DNA of 63,113 nucleotides, counting the filler, from Stramenopiles sp. TOSAG23-3 (taxonomy: Eukaryota): NCBI GenBank assembly GCA_900128585.1. It is 5 parts of 5 records of this genome, joined end to end, with 100 filler letters (N's around TTAATTAATTAA, not from the genome) between each part and the next. Parts side by side here need not be neighbours in the genome. Positions count along the whole stretch, not along the records: positions 1 to 15,277 come from LT642529.1; 4 more parts are not named here. One strand, written 5' to 3'. Of this stretch, positions 1 to 11,021 are shown piece by piece. Positions within the stretch are counted from its first letter, which is position 1, and each line of letters begins with the position of its first letter. The notes beneath the pieces were generated by a model. That model was given only the letters and a program-made list of their open reading frames with translations, made no database searches and was not told where the DNA came from. The position numbers and the translations under genes were made by a program.

Positions 1-75
1 TTTTATTTGTCATTTTGTGTCCGAAAACTTCCATACTTTGAAATTCGAGTTGGATTTTTTTTCGCGCCAAGGACA
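1..75. repeat. Dispersed repeat, identical to 4246-4320 (cut by window/contig start)
   Basis: 75/75 nt identity with 4246-4320. A further shared block AAAACAACGACGGTCGT follows both copies (about 124-140 and 4324-4340). Confidence 0.9.
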
Positions 76-704
76 CTGAACACTTTATTAAACAGGTGTC
101 TACGATTGCATTTTACTTAAAATAAAACAACGACGGTCGTCTTATCTATTTTTTTTAGAAAATGGGAATTTTGTTTTTTTGTTGTTGGTTATTATTAATA
201 TTGTTCCTGTAGTTTGTGTTACGTTGTTGAACGAAATATATTTTATTCATTTTTTTTACAGCGAAGAAAAGAAAAATGCAAATATGTTAAAGATATGCTG
301 TGTGTATATAAAATATTAAATAATACTCATTATAAACAAAAACAAAAAAACAAAAAATTGCAAAAGAACAATTGTTGTTAGCCTATGAAAATATGGAGCA
401 TGTCATTTCGCGGCATCTTCTTCTTTCAGGGATAATTATGGTGTGTGCCTGCTATTATGTATTTTTTTTGTGCGACAAAAAAAAGAAGAAAGACGACAAC
501 AACACACAGGATCACACAAGTTAATAAAAGACGAACAACAAACAGCTAAACTCTGCAACAACAAACAACTTTCAAACGAAACTTGCTCACCCTATTGTAA
601 TATGTGAAAAATAATATTTTCAAACGATAAAAGAATGAAACAAAAGTTACGATTTAAAAACAAACAAACTAAAAACTATTTAAAACGAAACGATTGAAAC
701 TACT

Positions 705-1592
705 ATGCCCTCAAAAAGGAAAGCGAAAGAAAACACCGCTCCGGTAGCAAAGCGAGCAAAGCAGGTCAATGGCAAATCATCAAAGTCGTCGTCATCCGCA
801 TTGCCCTTTCCGAGCGTCATGCTGGCGAAGAAATACGAAGAACAAAAGCATGGGTCTAAGTTATCTGCTGAGAACTGGTGGATGTCAGAGAAATTGGACG
901 GACTTCGAGCGGTATGGAACGGGTCAACCTTTCTTTCGCGTTCAGGCAACGTGTTTTATGCACCCAAAGAATTTGTGAAAGATTTCCCAAGCGACTTTAC
1001 CCTGGATGGCGAGTTGTTTTGTGGGAGAAAAAAGTTCGACCTCGCTTCGAGCCTTGTCAGATCGCATAATGGTACCTATGAGCAGTGGAACGGAAAGGTT
1101 ACTTTTATGGTATTTGATGCACCGCTACTGAAGAAACCATTTGAGGAACGCATGAAAGATTTGAAAAACGTGGTCGGTAGAATAAAGCATGCTTCTTTGG
1201 TGGTTCAAGAGCCTGTTCGAGATGCCGCCCACTTAAAAACGAAACTTGCTAGCATTGAAACTGTCGACGGAGAAGGCGTTATGTTGCGCAAAGGCGGGTC
1301 AGCCTATGAATTCAAACGTTCCGCGACATTACTCAAGGTAAAAACGATGCATGACGCCGAAGCGGTGGTCGTCGGTCACGAGGAAGGAAAAGGGAAGCAC
1401 ACTGGCAGGCTCGGGGCAGTGGTCTGCCAACTGCCAAATGGAAAGCAATTCAAAGTAGGCACAGGCTTTACCGACGAAGAACGAGAAAATCCGCCGCCAG
1501 CCGGAACCACCATTACTTACCGGTATTTTGAGCTGACCAAGTCTGGCATCCCTCGATTCCCGACGTTCATGCGTGTCTTTTCCAGGGCCTGA
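705..1592 (+). CDS. Minimal ATP-dependent DNA ligase (adenylation + OB domains; LigE / kinetoplast / Chlorella-virus-like class)
   Basis: Motif I SEKLDGLR, III LDGELF, IIIa FMVFDAP, IV EGVMLR, V LLKVK and VI PRFP are present. N-terminal tail is basic and NLS-like. Confidence 0.93.
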   Translation: MPSKRKAKENTAPVAKRAKQVNGKSSKSSSSALPFPSVMLAKKYEEQKHGSKLSAENWWMSEKLDGLRAVWNGSTFLSRSGNVFYAPKEFVKDFPSDFTLDGELFCGRKKFDLASSLVRSHNGTYEQWNGKVTFMVFDAPLLKKPFEERMKDLKNVVGRIKHASLVVQEPVRDAAHLKTKLASIETVDGEGVMLRKGGSAYEFKRSATLLKVKTMHDAEAVVVGHEEGKGKHTGRLGAVVCQLPNGKQFKVGTGFTDEERENPPPAGTTITYRYFELTKSGIPRFPTFMRVFSRA

Positions 1593-1758
1593 ATCATAAA
1601 AAAGCGGCAAAGAGAGGCCCAAGATTTGAAGTGAAGGCCTGGTGAATGTGTGTGTATAGAATTTGCATAAGATTAGGAGCTCAAACTGAAAAATCTGGGG
1701 TTTGAAATAGGCTAAATTTAGTTCCTGGAACACGAAAACAAAATAATGTCACATGTTA

Positions 1759-1813
1759 TTAAAAACAAAAATTTGCTGTTTTATTTAATTTATCTTCTTC
1801 ATATGTACCACGA
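1759..1813. repeat. Copy of dispersed 3'-flank motif family
   Basis: TTAAAAACAAAAATTTGCTGTT resembles 31607-31630. AATTTATCTTCTTCATATGTACCACGA resembles 31560-31584. Confidence 0.65.
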
Positions 1814-1980
1814 AAGCGGGTGAATCTGCTGCTCCTTTTGTCCATGTCTATTAATCCAAAGTTAGGAACAAGAACAATTCCATTTTACTTTCTATGGCCG
1901 CGATTGCTTCTTGCAACTCGGCGCGGCGGCATTAAACGTGTCCCTGTTGATATAAATTAATCATGAAAAGGTTAGGTTAG

Positions 1981-3558
1981 TTATTGCTCCTCCATTGTGT
2001 TGCTCGCAGCTTCAGCGCCTGCAAGAAGGTGCTCGCGAACAATCTTGGAGATCCAGTCCGAAGCTTCCCCCTGCGTTTTTGGCAAGAGATCCCTCTCTGC
2101 CTCGAAATCAAAAGGCTCGTCGAGGTTCCCAGAGCGCTTCAGCATTTCGGAGCGCCGACGTAACAGGTGAAAGTGTGCCACGATATCTTCTTGCAAATGG
2201 TTCAAAGGCAGAATGGCCTCCTTTTCGGCGTGGGCCGCCCCCAGCGATGTTGGGGCCGGTGGAAGTGTCATGGGGCAATCTGTTCGGGCTTTGCTCAATT
2301 CATTAAAGCGAGTCTCGAAGGTTGCCGACCAAGCATCCCGCTTTGTCAAAAACTTCGGGGCATTAAACATTTTTTTAACGGTGGAGATGACGCTTGTCAG
2401 ATCGTACTCCGAATTCGGACTGGGCTTTTCCTCTGGCTTTGGGTGGGTAATGACAGACCCCTTCTTTACCCAGGGACTCACCAACAAAGTAGGAATTCGC
2501 ATGCCCAATCGTGTGAACTCAAAGCCTTTGTCAGGGAACGATGCTATGTCGTCCGGAGCAGGGACATTCATCGGCGGCTTCACGTGATCATAAAACCCGC
2601 CGTGCTCGTCGTACGTGATGATCAGAGCTGTTTTGTTCCAGCTCTTCCCAGACCTCAACGTTTCGTACACTTCTTTTATCAACGCTTCCCCCAGGCGAAC
2701 GTCGTGGTCGGGATGCTGGTCGGACGAGCCCTCGTTCGTTTTCTTGTCGACAAACCACCGTGGGTTAAGCCAAGAGAACGCGGGCAGTTTCCCCTCCGCC
2801 GCGTCCTTCTTGAACGACTCCCAGAACCGCAACTTGAACGGATCGAAGGTAAGCTTTGCAATCAGACCGGCCTCCAGCGGAGCGTCCTTGAAGTAGTATC
2901 TCCACGAATGCCCTGCTTCTTCCACGGTGTCAAATATGGTCTTCCCAAAATACAAGAAGGTTTTGGGGTCTCTGCTGCTGGTCGCAGTGCAGCCTTTGCT
3001 CGTCCCCATGATCTGAAAGAGCCGGTTAGGCCAAGTCGGCCCAGGGTGGGACGCAAAAAAGCGATCAAAAATTGCAAACTCGGAGGCCAGCGTCGACATG
3101 ATGGGCAACCTTTCGGGTGTGAACATGTCCATCAACTTTGACGCGTCTGCGACGGAATGGCCTCTCGCCTTCATTTCCCATTCGATAAAACCGTCCATTT
3201 TCGGTGTGTTACACGACCCAGGACTGCTCGAATTTTTCAGCAAACAGTCTTGGCCAAATATTTTCGACGTTGTAGCTGTCGTCGAATGGTCAGGGTCTAT
3301 TGGCGACACATAAGGAGAATTCTTCGTTACTTTCACTCCCCCTTGGGTGACATTGGATGTGTTGTACGGGTTAAACTCTGTTCCGTTCAGACCATCAACG
3401 TTTGGAAAGAACCCAGCCATATGGTCAAAGGCTCGGTTCTCCAACATCAACACAACCACGTGCTCAATAGGTGTCATGAACTCGGCCTGTGCGACGACCA
3501 CCATATACAAAAGGACGACGAGCATGTTGTACGTCGGCTGCGCACCGCTGGTGAACAT
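1981..3558 (-). CDS. Secreted phosphoesterase / non-specific phospholipase C (NPC/PlcN family)
   Basis: Signal-like N-terminus. Motifs IEHVVVLMLENRAFDH, GPTWPNR, TYDEHGGFYDHV, LGMRIPTLLVSPW. Confidence 0.92.
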   Translation of the reverse strand: MFTSGAQPTYNMLVVLLYMVVVAQAEFMTPIEHVVVLMLENRAFDHMAGFFPNVDGLNGTEFNPYNTSNVTQGGVKVTKNSPYVSPIDPDHSTTATTSKIFGQDCLLKNSSSPGSCNTPKMDGFIEWEMKARGHSVADASKLMDMFTPERLPIMSTLASEFAIFDRFFASHPGPTWPNRLFQIMGTSKGCTATSSRDPKTFLYFGKTIFDTVEEAGHSWRYYFKDAPLEAGLIAKLTFDPFKLRFWESFKKDAAEGKLPAFSWLNPRWFVDKKTNEGSSDQHPDHDVRLGEALIKEVYETLRSGKSWNKTALIITYDEHGGFYDHVKPPMNVPAPDDIASFPDKGFEFTRLGMRIPTLLVSPWVKKGSVITHPKPEEKPSPNSEYDLTSVISTVKKMFNAPKFLTKRDAWSATFETRFNELSKARTDCPMTLPPAPTSLGAAHAEKEAILPLNHLQEDIVAHFHLLRRRSEMLKRSGNLDEPFDFEAERDLLPKTQGEASDWISKIVREHLLAGAEAASNTMEEQ

Positions 3559-3899
3559 CGTTGCAATGACGCTTCTTTTGAAAGTCCAACACAGGGTAGA
3601 CGTGTGCTCAAAATTGCTTGCTTCTTTTAATTTATTCAGTTCGTGGGTATCGTTTTTAATTTCCTTTTCTTGTCTTTTGCCGTCATCAGTTGGAAATACC
3701 GTTACAATTATATAGTTGTAATAAATTTTTTTTAGTTGTTGTTTTTTTACGATGATGATGATCGTTTTCCTCGTACCCGCGCCTCCTCATACCACCGGTA
3801 TTAATAATATTAAAACCTGTACCGTACCATACAATACACAGCACTGGAAATCTAGGGATTATCCGATTTTCGGATTATTATTGATGACGGGAGGAGGAG

Positions 3900-4320
3900 T
3901 ATCTTTGGCGCGGAATTGAAAAATGGCAACGGACTTCGTGTTAACTATTTGAAACGAAGAGATCTTTATAAAAGAAGGCTAATTTTTTAAAATTTAAAGC
4001 GTCAAAAGTGGTTTGAGTTACATAAAATGATGCCCGCAAGGTTCGTTTTTCATTACAAACAAATGAACAAGTGTTTGTTCGGGTGGCGTTTGGTCAAAAG
4101 CGCCCATTTCACAAAAAATTGTCCCTAGGAACCTCAATTCCAAGTCATTTGAGGGCAAACAATTTATAAACGTTTGTTCAGGACCGGACACCGTGACTGG
4201 AATACTCGCCTGATCTAAACTTATGTAGTTAAACGTCCCACTTGCTTTTATTTGTCATTTTGTGTCCGAAAACTTCCATACTTTGAAATTCGAGTTGGAT
4301 TTTTTTTCGCGCCAAGGACA
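3900..4320. mobile_element. Candidate non-autonomous element (MITE-like), about 420 bp
   Basis: Left end TATCTTTGGCGCGGAA matches the reverse complement of the right end (TGTCCTTGGCGCGAAA) at 13/16. The right 75 nt are repeated at 1-75. No convincing ORF and no clear TSD. Confidence 0.4.
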
Positions 4321-4527
4321 AGAAAAACAACGACGGTCGTGTTTTTATTTTTTTCTTCAAGTAGGGTACAATTACATAAGAATAGCATTAGCATCTTTTT
4401 CATTAGTAAATTATAAAATCTTGATTAAATCTTGGATTGTTGACGTTAAAATATCTTGATAATTTTTTGGTTTGTGGGGCGATCAGTTGGCAGCCTTTGC
4501 TGAAAATTAATTCCCACCTTGCTACTT

Positions 4528-5850
4528 TTACTTAATATGCGCAAACCAGGGCGTCTGGCGTACACGGTTAAAGTCAACATCGTGCGCGATATCTGCCAAC
4601 AATGCTGCCGCTTCGGCCCCCATTTTCCCACCAGCCGCCCGCTTCTTCTGCAGCTCATTCAAAGCCTGCAGGCATGCAGATTCGTTGAGTGCCAGAGCAC
4701 TAGCGCAAGCAAAGTTGTATACGTACACACTACTGGACGGATCAGTCTGGGCGGCCATTTTAAATGCCTCTGCGCTGCGCCGGACTGTTTCCACAGCAGC
4801 TGCCGCATCAGCTCCTTCCGTCGCCGCAGCCAACAACCGTGCCCTTCCCTCGTCCAAAAGCAAGTCAGCAGCCGCGGCAAACCCATCTGCAATTGGCGCA
4901 ATCTCTACTGCGCGCTGGTAGAGCTGCAGCGCCTCTGCCAAGTTATTGTTCAGCTCACATATGTCACCACAGACCACCAGCAGTTCCCCGACACTCTTCC
5001 CACCCCCCGGTGGCACCAAGGCAACAACAGCCTTAGCCGTCTCGTACGCACATCCCAGTGCGGCACTGAATTGTGCGCGAAAATTCTCTCCTATATTATT
5101 CTCGAAGGCCCAGCAGCAGAGCCCGTGCAGTGCCTTCGCCTTTTGCTCAAGCAACTGCAAGTCATTCACGGGCGCGGGCGAGCGGAGTCCTTCGTCGTAG
5201 CGTTGGCAAGCGGCTTCGCAGTGACGAAATGCTTCGCTGGTGTTGGAAGCAAGAATGGACCAGCGCATTGACAGGGCGTGGGCATCGCCTGCTTGCAGAT
5301 GGGATGAAGCAACGGTTGCCAAGTCGCCTAGGTTACCATGAATGGATAACGCAGTGTTGATATGGTTTATCGCTTGCTGCAAATCCTGCAGTGCATCATC
5401 TGCTAAGCCTGAAGCACTATCGCCCGGCTCTTCAATCCTCCGAGGCGTGCCCTGTACAAGGAGGGAAGCAAGGGAGGTATGTGCCAACGCCAGCGTCTCG
5501 GAGCGCCCGCTGGTGTCCCCTGCAAGGACTCTATTAAAGTGCTCTCGTGCGAGTGCCCGGGCTGCTAAACTCTCAGCTTGCTTCCGTAGCCTTGTTGCGA
5601 TGTTTGATCGTATTGCTTGACAGACGCCTAGGTTATACATGGAATCGAGGTGCACCGATCCCGTGGCCACCGTTGCCTTCTGGTACGCATCTTCTGCTAG
5701 CGCCAGGGCGTCCAGAGTGGCAGCGAGGTTCTTCTCTAGTCGAGCAGCCAAAGCACGTTCAAGGTGCCCATTTCCGACACCAACAAGGTCGTCGGCCTGC
5801 TTTCGCGCCGCTTGCTTCTCCTTCGTAGAGACCTTCTTTTTCTTCGGCAT
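4528..5850 (-). CDS. TPR-like alpha-helical repeat protein
   Basis: About 440-aa Ala/Leu-rich ORF from MPKKKK. TPR-like segments MYNLGVC, ALQLYQRAVEIAP, VYVYNFACASAL. Confidence 0.7.
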   Translation of the reverse strand: MPKKKKVSTKEKQAARKQADDLVGVGNGHLERALAARLEKNLAATLDALALAEDAYQKATVATGSVHLDSMYNLGVCQAIRSNIATRLRKQAESLAARALAREHFNRVLAGDTSGRSETLALAHTSLASLLVQGTPRRIEEPGDSASGLADDALQDLQQAINHINTALSIHGNLGDLATVASSHLQAGDAHALSMRWSILASNTSEAFRHCEAACQRYDEGLRSPAPVNDLQLLEQKAKALHGLCCWAFENNIGENFRAQFSAALGCAYETAKAVVALVPPGGGKSVGELLVVCGDICELNNNLAEALQLYQRAVEIAPIADGFAAAADLLLDEGRARLLAAATEGADAAAAVETVRRSAEAFKMAAQTDPSSSVYVYNFACASALALNESACLQALNELQKKRAAGGKMGAEAAALLADIAHDVDFNRVRQTPWFAHIK

Positions 5851-6309
5851 CAGCAACAACACAGACGACCGTCTCCCGCAGTTGCTGGCTCCTCGTCACA
5901 AAGGCCGTCTTCTTCCTTCGCCCAACCTGACGCTCACTAAACAATCAGCTTTATCAATGACGGGAAACCGACAACGTTATTCTCTCGAACGGTACAGCTT
6001 TCCTTGAAAAGGGTCTCGAAATTACAAAGGCTGATTATTATCTGCAACGCAAGAAGATCTGGTGGTTTGAATGAGAATAAATACGGGAAATGGAATTCAA
6101 CCAACAGTCTCTCTCCCCAGCAACCAATTCTTATTATGATGAGGAGTTAGACAGAAGACGGACCGATTGTATACTTTCATAAAAAAAAAGTGCTGAAACA
6201 GGATGCTGTGTTAATGCTATACATAATACAATGGTCTTACTCTTCTAGAAGTGAAAAAAATAGGGTTATATTTATTTTTATTAACTTGTGTGTACACTGC
6301 GACACCTTT

Positions 6310-9300
6310 TCATATTTCTCCACGTTTCATCGTCATCGCACGGGGCAACATCTTCCTGTCATAGTGGGTCTTCTCGCTCGATCCGGACGCGGTCGGGTTC
6401 GGGGACGTTACCTCAACACTGACGTTAGTAGCGGAGAGTGATCTTTCCCCGGGAGATCCTGCGCCCAAGTTTACGTCTACCTTCACGCCCACTCCTTCAC
6501 CTGAACTGTTTACGGTTACAACTACATCATTGCTACTTTGCAATGGATTTAGGATCAATTCTGATTCGTTAGAACTTTTCTGGTTCGCAGTATTTGCCAC
6601 TTTGTTTTCCAGCGGTTTCAATTCCAGAGACTTTTCTATACCATTTGAAGGATTCGCACATTTTTGCTTCCATTTTCGACCATAAGCAATGTACAGGAAT
6701 AAAAGACAATGGACCAACAAAAGAGCAAACGCGATAAAGAAAGGGTTGCAGACTGCCGATTCGCATTTTTCGACGACTTCCTTTTTAAAATTTGAGTCTA
6801 ATTCTTCCTTTACTGTAAAGGGGGCCACCGTTGTCGAACCGTTGGGTCCCACCGTTGTCGTTGTGGTGGGTGGCGCCGTCGTGGGCTGGGAAAACGACAG
6901 CATCACGGACGACGCGTTCGTGTCGTTCGTGTTTGACATGCCGTTTCGTGCCGTTACAATTACAATAAGGAAGTAGGCGTACACTCCAAGCTGCCAACCT
7001 TTACGGACCGTGTCACTGCCCCCGTTTGATCAAAGTACCTGCCATGAATTATTACAACGGGTCCTTTGTTGGAGCACTTGTTCACGTGATAATCATCGCC
7101 GTTATCGTTCGTGCAATTGGGGGATTCGATGGACGATACCAACGGAACAATACTGAACTGAACGGAAGATTCGAATGTTTTGCCGCCAACTGTCAAATTC
7201 ACTCCTTCCCCTTCCCCAACCTGCAAGGGTGGAATTGCCCTAATTTCGGTATCCGATACCCAAGTCACTTGGGTGCACAGAACTCCGCCTACTCTGATCG
7301 TGATGGACGAGGAGGAGGTGCCGAACCCTGTGCCAGTAAACACGGTGTACCACAGCGAACTCCTCGGTTCGCATCGTTTGGGTCCATTTGGGTACACAAA
7401 CCGATGTATGGCTCGACGGTGCAAGGGGACGAGGAGCAATCTCCCGTTCCAATGTACTTGGTAATACCATAGCCCTCCGGTTTCTTCCCATAAAACAAGT
7501 TGTCAGCGTACCAGCCGGTGTTGTACCAATTGGTATTTACAATGGTAATGGTTGGCCCACCTGCTGAGTCAGACCTTGAGTATATCGAATATCCTTTGGC
7601 AGCCCCGCCGTTAGTAGTCTTGGCGAAATTGTTCGAAAAATTCGATTCCCGAATGATGACATCACTTACATAGTGAAGGTACATAGCCCCACCCCCATAT
7701 AAATTGTCGTTTGGATTCGTAACTCCGTTGTCTTCCAACGACACGCGGGTCATGCTCATAACAGTAGGGTATGCGTTTTTTCCAACTAGCATAACCCCCC
7801 CCCCCCTTCTTTTCTGCGTGGTTGCCTTTCATTGTAACGTCCGTCAAGTAAACTTTTGCGTAAAATCTGGCGGCAATTCCGCCGCCAGAAGCTCCGGCCA
7901 CGTTGTTTGAAATTGTGGTGCCTTGAACGTGCACGGTGGCCGTCACTTGCGTTGGCAAATTTACGTCTGTACCCTCCCAGCAGTAACCTACGTGCAGCCC
8001 TCCCCCCATGCTATTTTTGGCCTCGTTATTCAAAATTTGGGAGTTCGTGATGTTGGCATGGACGTCATCGCCGCAGAAATACCCCCCCCCCCCCCCCCCC
8101 CCCCCCTTAATACGACGTTATTCAAGTACAACTTGGCGTGATTGTGTAATTGTATTCCACCGCCGCCAAAACCAGCCGTGTTTCCTGAAATCGTAGTGCC
8201 ATCAATGTGTATTGTAGCCTGCAGGGCTGTCGCGGACCCACTCTCGCACTCACCTGCGTACAGCCCACCCCCCTTCGACCAGTCAGTGCCTTTTTGACTC
8301 TTGGCTTTGTTGCCTATAATTTTGGAGTTCGTAATGTTGCCACGGTTATCAGGACCGCAGAAAAAAAATCCTCCGCCGTAGCCTTTACTGCTCCCCGATG
8401 CAACGTTAGCTTCATTCGACTCAACTGTCCCGTCGTGAAAGTTCAAGGTAGAACCACCGGTTATGCCAATACACCCAGCGTTTGATGTTGCCTTATTGTT
8501 TCGGAATGTTGAACTGCGCAAGGTGACGGATGCGTTAAATTTTGCACCAATGCAGCCCCCATAACTGGCCCAATTGTTTTCGACGATGAGGTTGGTGCCA
8601 ATGAACACCCCGTAGTGAAGTCGGATTGCCCCAGAATGTTTAGCGGTTGCCTCGGCCACTCGAATATCAGACCCAATCAATCTTATCCACTTTAAAGTGA
8701 GCGTGTGTTCAGCGAGCAAGGTAAAGTGCCGACGGTTCTTTGTGGCGTCGTTCGCATGCGTAAATGCTGTCAGCGTAGTATGCGACGTAGGATTACCGGT
8801 GATACTCAAATCACCGTCCACCACAATGTCACCCCCCAAAGTGCAGTTCGACAGCCGAGAGAACTCCCCATTTGTCTTGGTGCAGTCCCACTCGATGCTG
8901 CAAACGACTCCATGCAGCGGATTATCAGCGCTTTTGCACGCGCCGACGTACGGAGAGACCGTGCAGGGGTTTTCTGAGCAGTCGTTCAGCAAGAACCCTT
9001 CAAGGCCGTTTGTCTTCCCCGCGTCATTGTGGCGAATCGCATAAAACGGATCCCCGCCGACAACGTCGGTGAACTTTGTATTGACCATAGTCAAGTTTAC
9101 GGATGCAATAGAAGAGTTGCTATAAGCGTTGTACCTCATGTGAATTTGATGTCCCCGTTCGTGGTTCGGAAATTCATTTTTTATGAAGGAGCATTCCCTC
9201 AAGACGGCCCTGACGCGATACAACAAGTACAGGCCGCCACCCCCCCAGTTTACATTTGCCCCCGCTTCCATCACAATGTTGCGTTCCAAAACGACGCCAG

Positions 9301-10183
9301 TCATGTCAAGAGTGGCGTAATCCGCGTTCGAGTTTTCAAAGTAGACCCCGCCGCCTTTTAGCTCGGCTCGGTTGTCAAAGAAAAACACGTCATTCAAGCG
9401 AACAGTGCTCCCTGTTTTGATCATCATCCCCCCACCATTACAGTTCGTAGCATTGTTTCCGATGAATTGCGTTCCCGTGATGTTAATCGTTACTCGGTTG
9501 TGAACGAGCATTCCCCCGCCACCGCCCTTCCCAGCAATTGCAACATTGTCCTTGATTACACCGCCGGTAATGGTCACCTTTAACTGGGTTTTTGTTATAT
9601 CTGAATGCGCACTTAGGCGCATCCCACCCCCAAAATGGGTCGCAGTATTGCCGGTCACGTTGGTGTGGTACAGCGTGACTTGTGACAACGCCAGGCCTGC
9701 ATTTGGGCGGGCCGAGATTCCGCCCCCACTAACTGCAATATTGTTGATAATAGAGCAGAACTCGGCCTTAAAGTGGCCGCCGCCCGAATGCATGAAGAAA
9801 GCTCCGCCCTCTTTGTCTTTAACGACAGTAGTATCTTTTGAGACGTTCCCCCCGGTAAGCCGTAGCCATTTAATGTGGAGCGTGAACTGCCCGTCAAGAG
9901 TGAAGTGGCGGCTGTAGCTGTCTGCGGCATAAAGTGTCGTTAGTGCGCCGCTAGACTCACCGTTTGCTCCAACTATGGTCAAGTCTCCAGATACCTCAAT
10001 CTCGGTGGACATGCAATCGTTAGTTCGCGTAAAATTCCCCTCCGTAGATGTACAATTCCACTCTTCCGCACTCGCGATCAGGTCAATGCGCCATGAGCAT
10101 GCCAAACATGCCACCAGAAGCGCTCGCAAACGAAAGCGTTTTGGGGGTAAGCGGGGGCGTGAAAAGAACGTAAAAGATACCAT
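6310..10183 (-). CDS. Large type-I membrane surface protein: signal peptide, Pmp-like GGA/FxxN beta-helix repeats, IPT/TIG domains, Thr-rich stalk, TM. Four frame breaks.
   Basis: ORF pieces 8030-10183, 7662-8033, 7289-7792, 6960-7439 and 6310-6984 are collinear parts of one architecture. Frame changes at C25 (8082-8106), C12 (7795-7806), about 7343 and about 6969. Confidence 0.8.
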
Positions 10184-11021
10184 TCTGGTCCAAGAAAGGG
10201 TTTGAATAATTTTGTGTTTCCGTAACGGGCTTTTATGAACATAAAACTAGAATTTTGAAGGCTTTTGAAAGCAGAAATTTGGGTAAAACCAAAGGCGAGC
10301 TCAGACACCCGGGGCACAAACGGGACAACTTTTTTTTGTACACCTGTCGATTAATATGGAAGTAGTACCGTTAATATATTTTTAATACTAGAATAATAAT
10401 CAAGGAGAAGGAGGTCTGAAAGTGTGCCCAGTACGACATAGTCGAAGTGAACACAGTGGCAATAGCTTTGAAAAATTAACCACAAAAGATGTATTCTAAT
10501 ATTTCATGTTCCTATATAAAAACATTTGTTTTTTTTTCGTTAATTTTTTAAAATTTATTTATGCCGTCCTCATTATAATATTGAAAAATTGTTGTCCTCT
10601 GTGTATTGTGTAGTATTTATTAGGCTGTATTTTAATATTAGTACCGGTACCGTCGGGAACACGGCTGGAATCCTCGTTAAGTAGATATTATACAGCAGCA
10701 GCGGGTAACAATTCACACACAGAATACAAAGAAAAAAACCAAGAAAACCCCCAAAGGAAGGAGGAGGAGTGAGCAAGAGAGTATCCTCCGCCGACCGCCG
10801 CGTTGGTTTATGGGGGTTATTGTCGAACAACAAATTAATTTTTTGGTATTATATTCTTCTTTTTTTAAGTAAATATAAGTTTTAATAATCAGAAAATAAT
10901 AATAGAAAAAAACTTCAATTTTCGCATTTAAAATATTTATATAAAATTGTATTTATACGATACACACGATATACACTGAGAAAATTATTTTTAGAGTTTG
11001 ACGCTCCCATGAAATGAGAGG

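Noticed and set aside
2167-3141. 324-aa ORF antisense to the phospholipase C gene (likewise 16432-17328, 59979-60752 and others)
   Set aside because: Shadow ORFs opposite well-supported genes, with no recognisable motifs.
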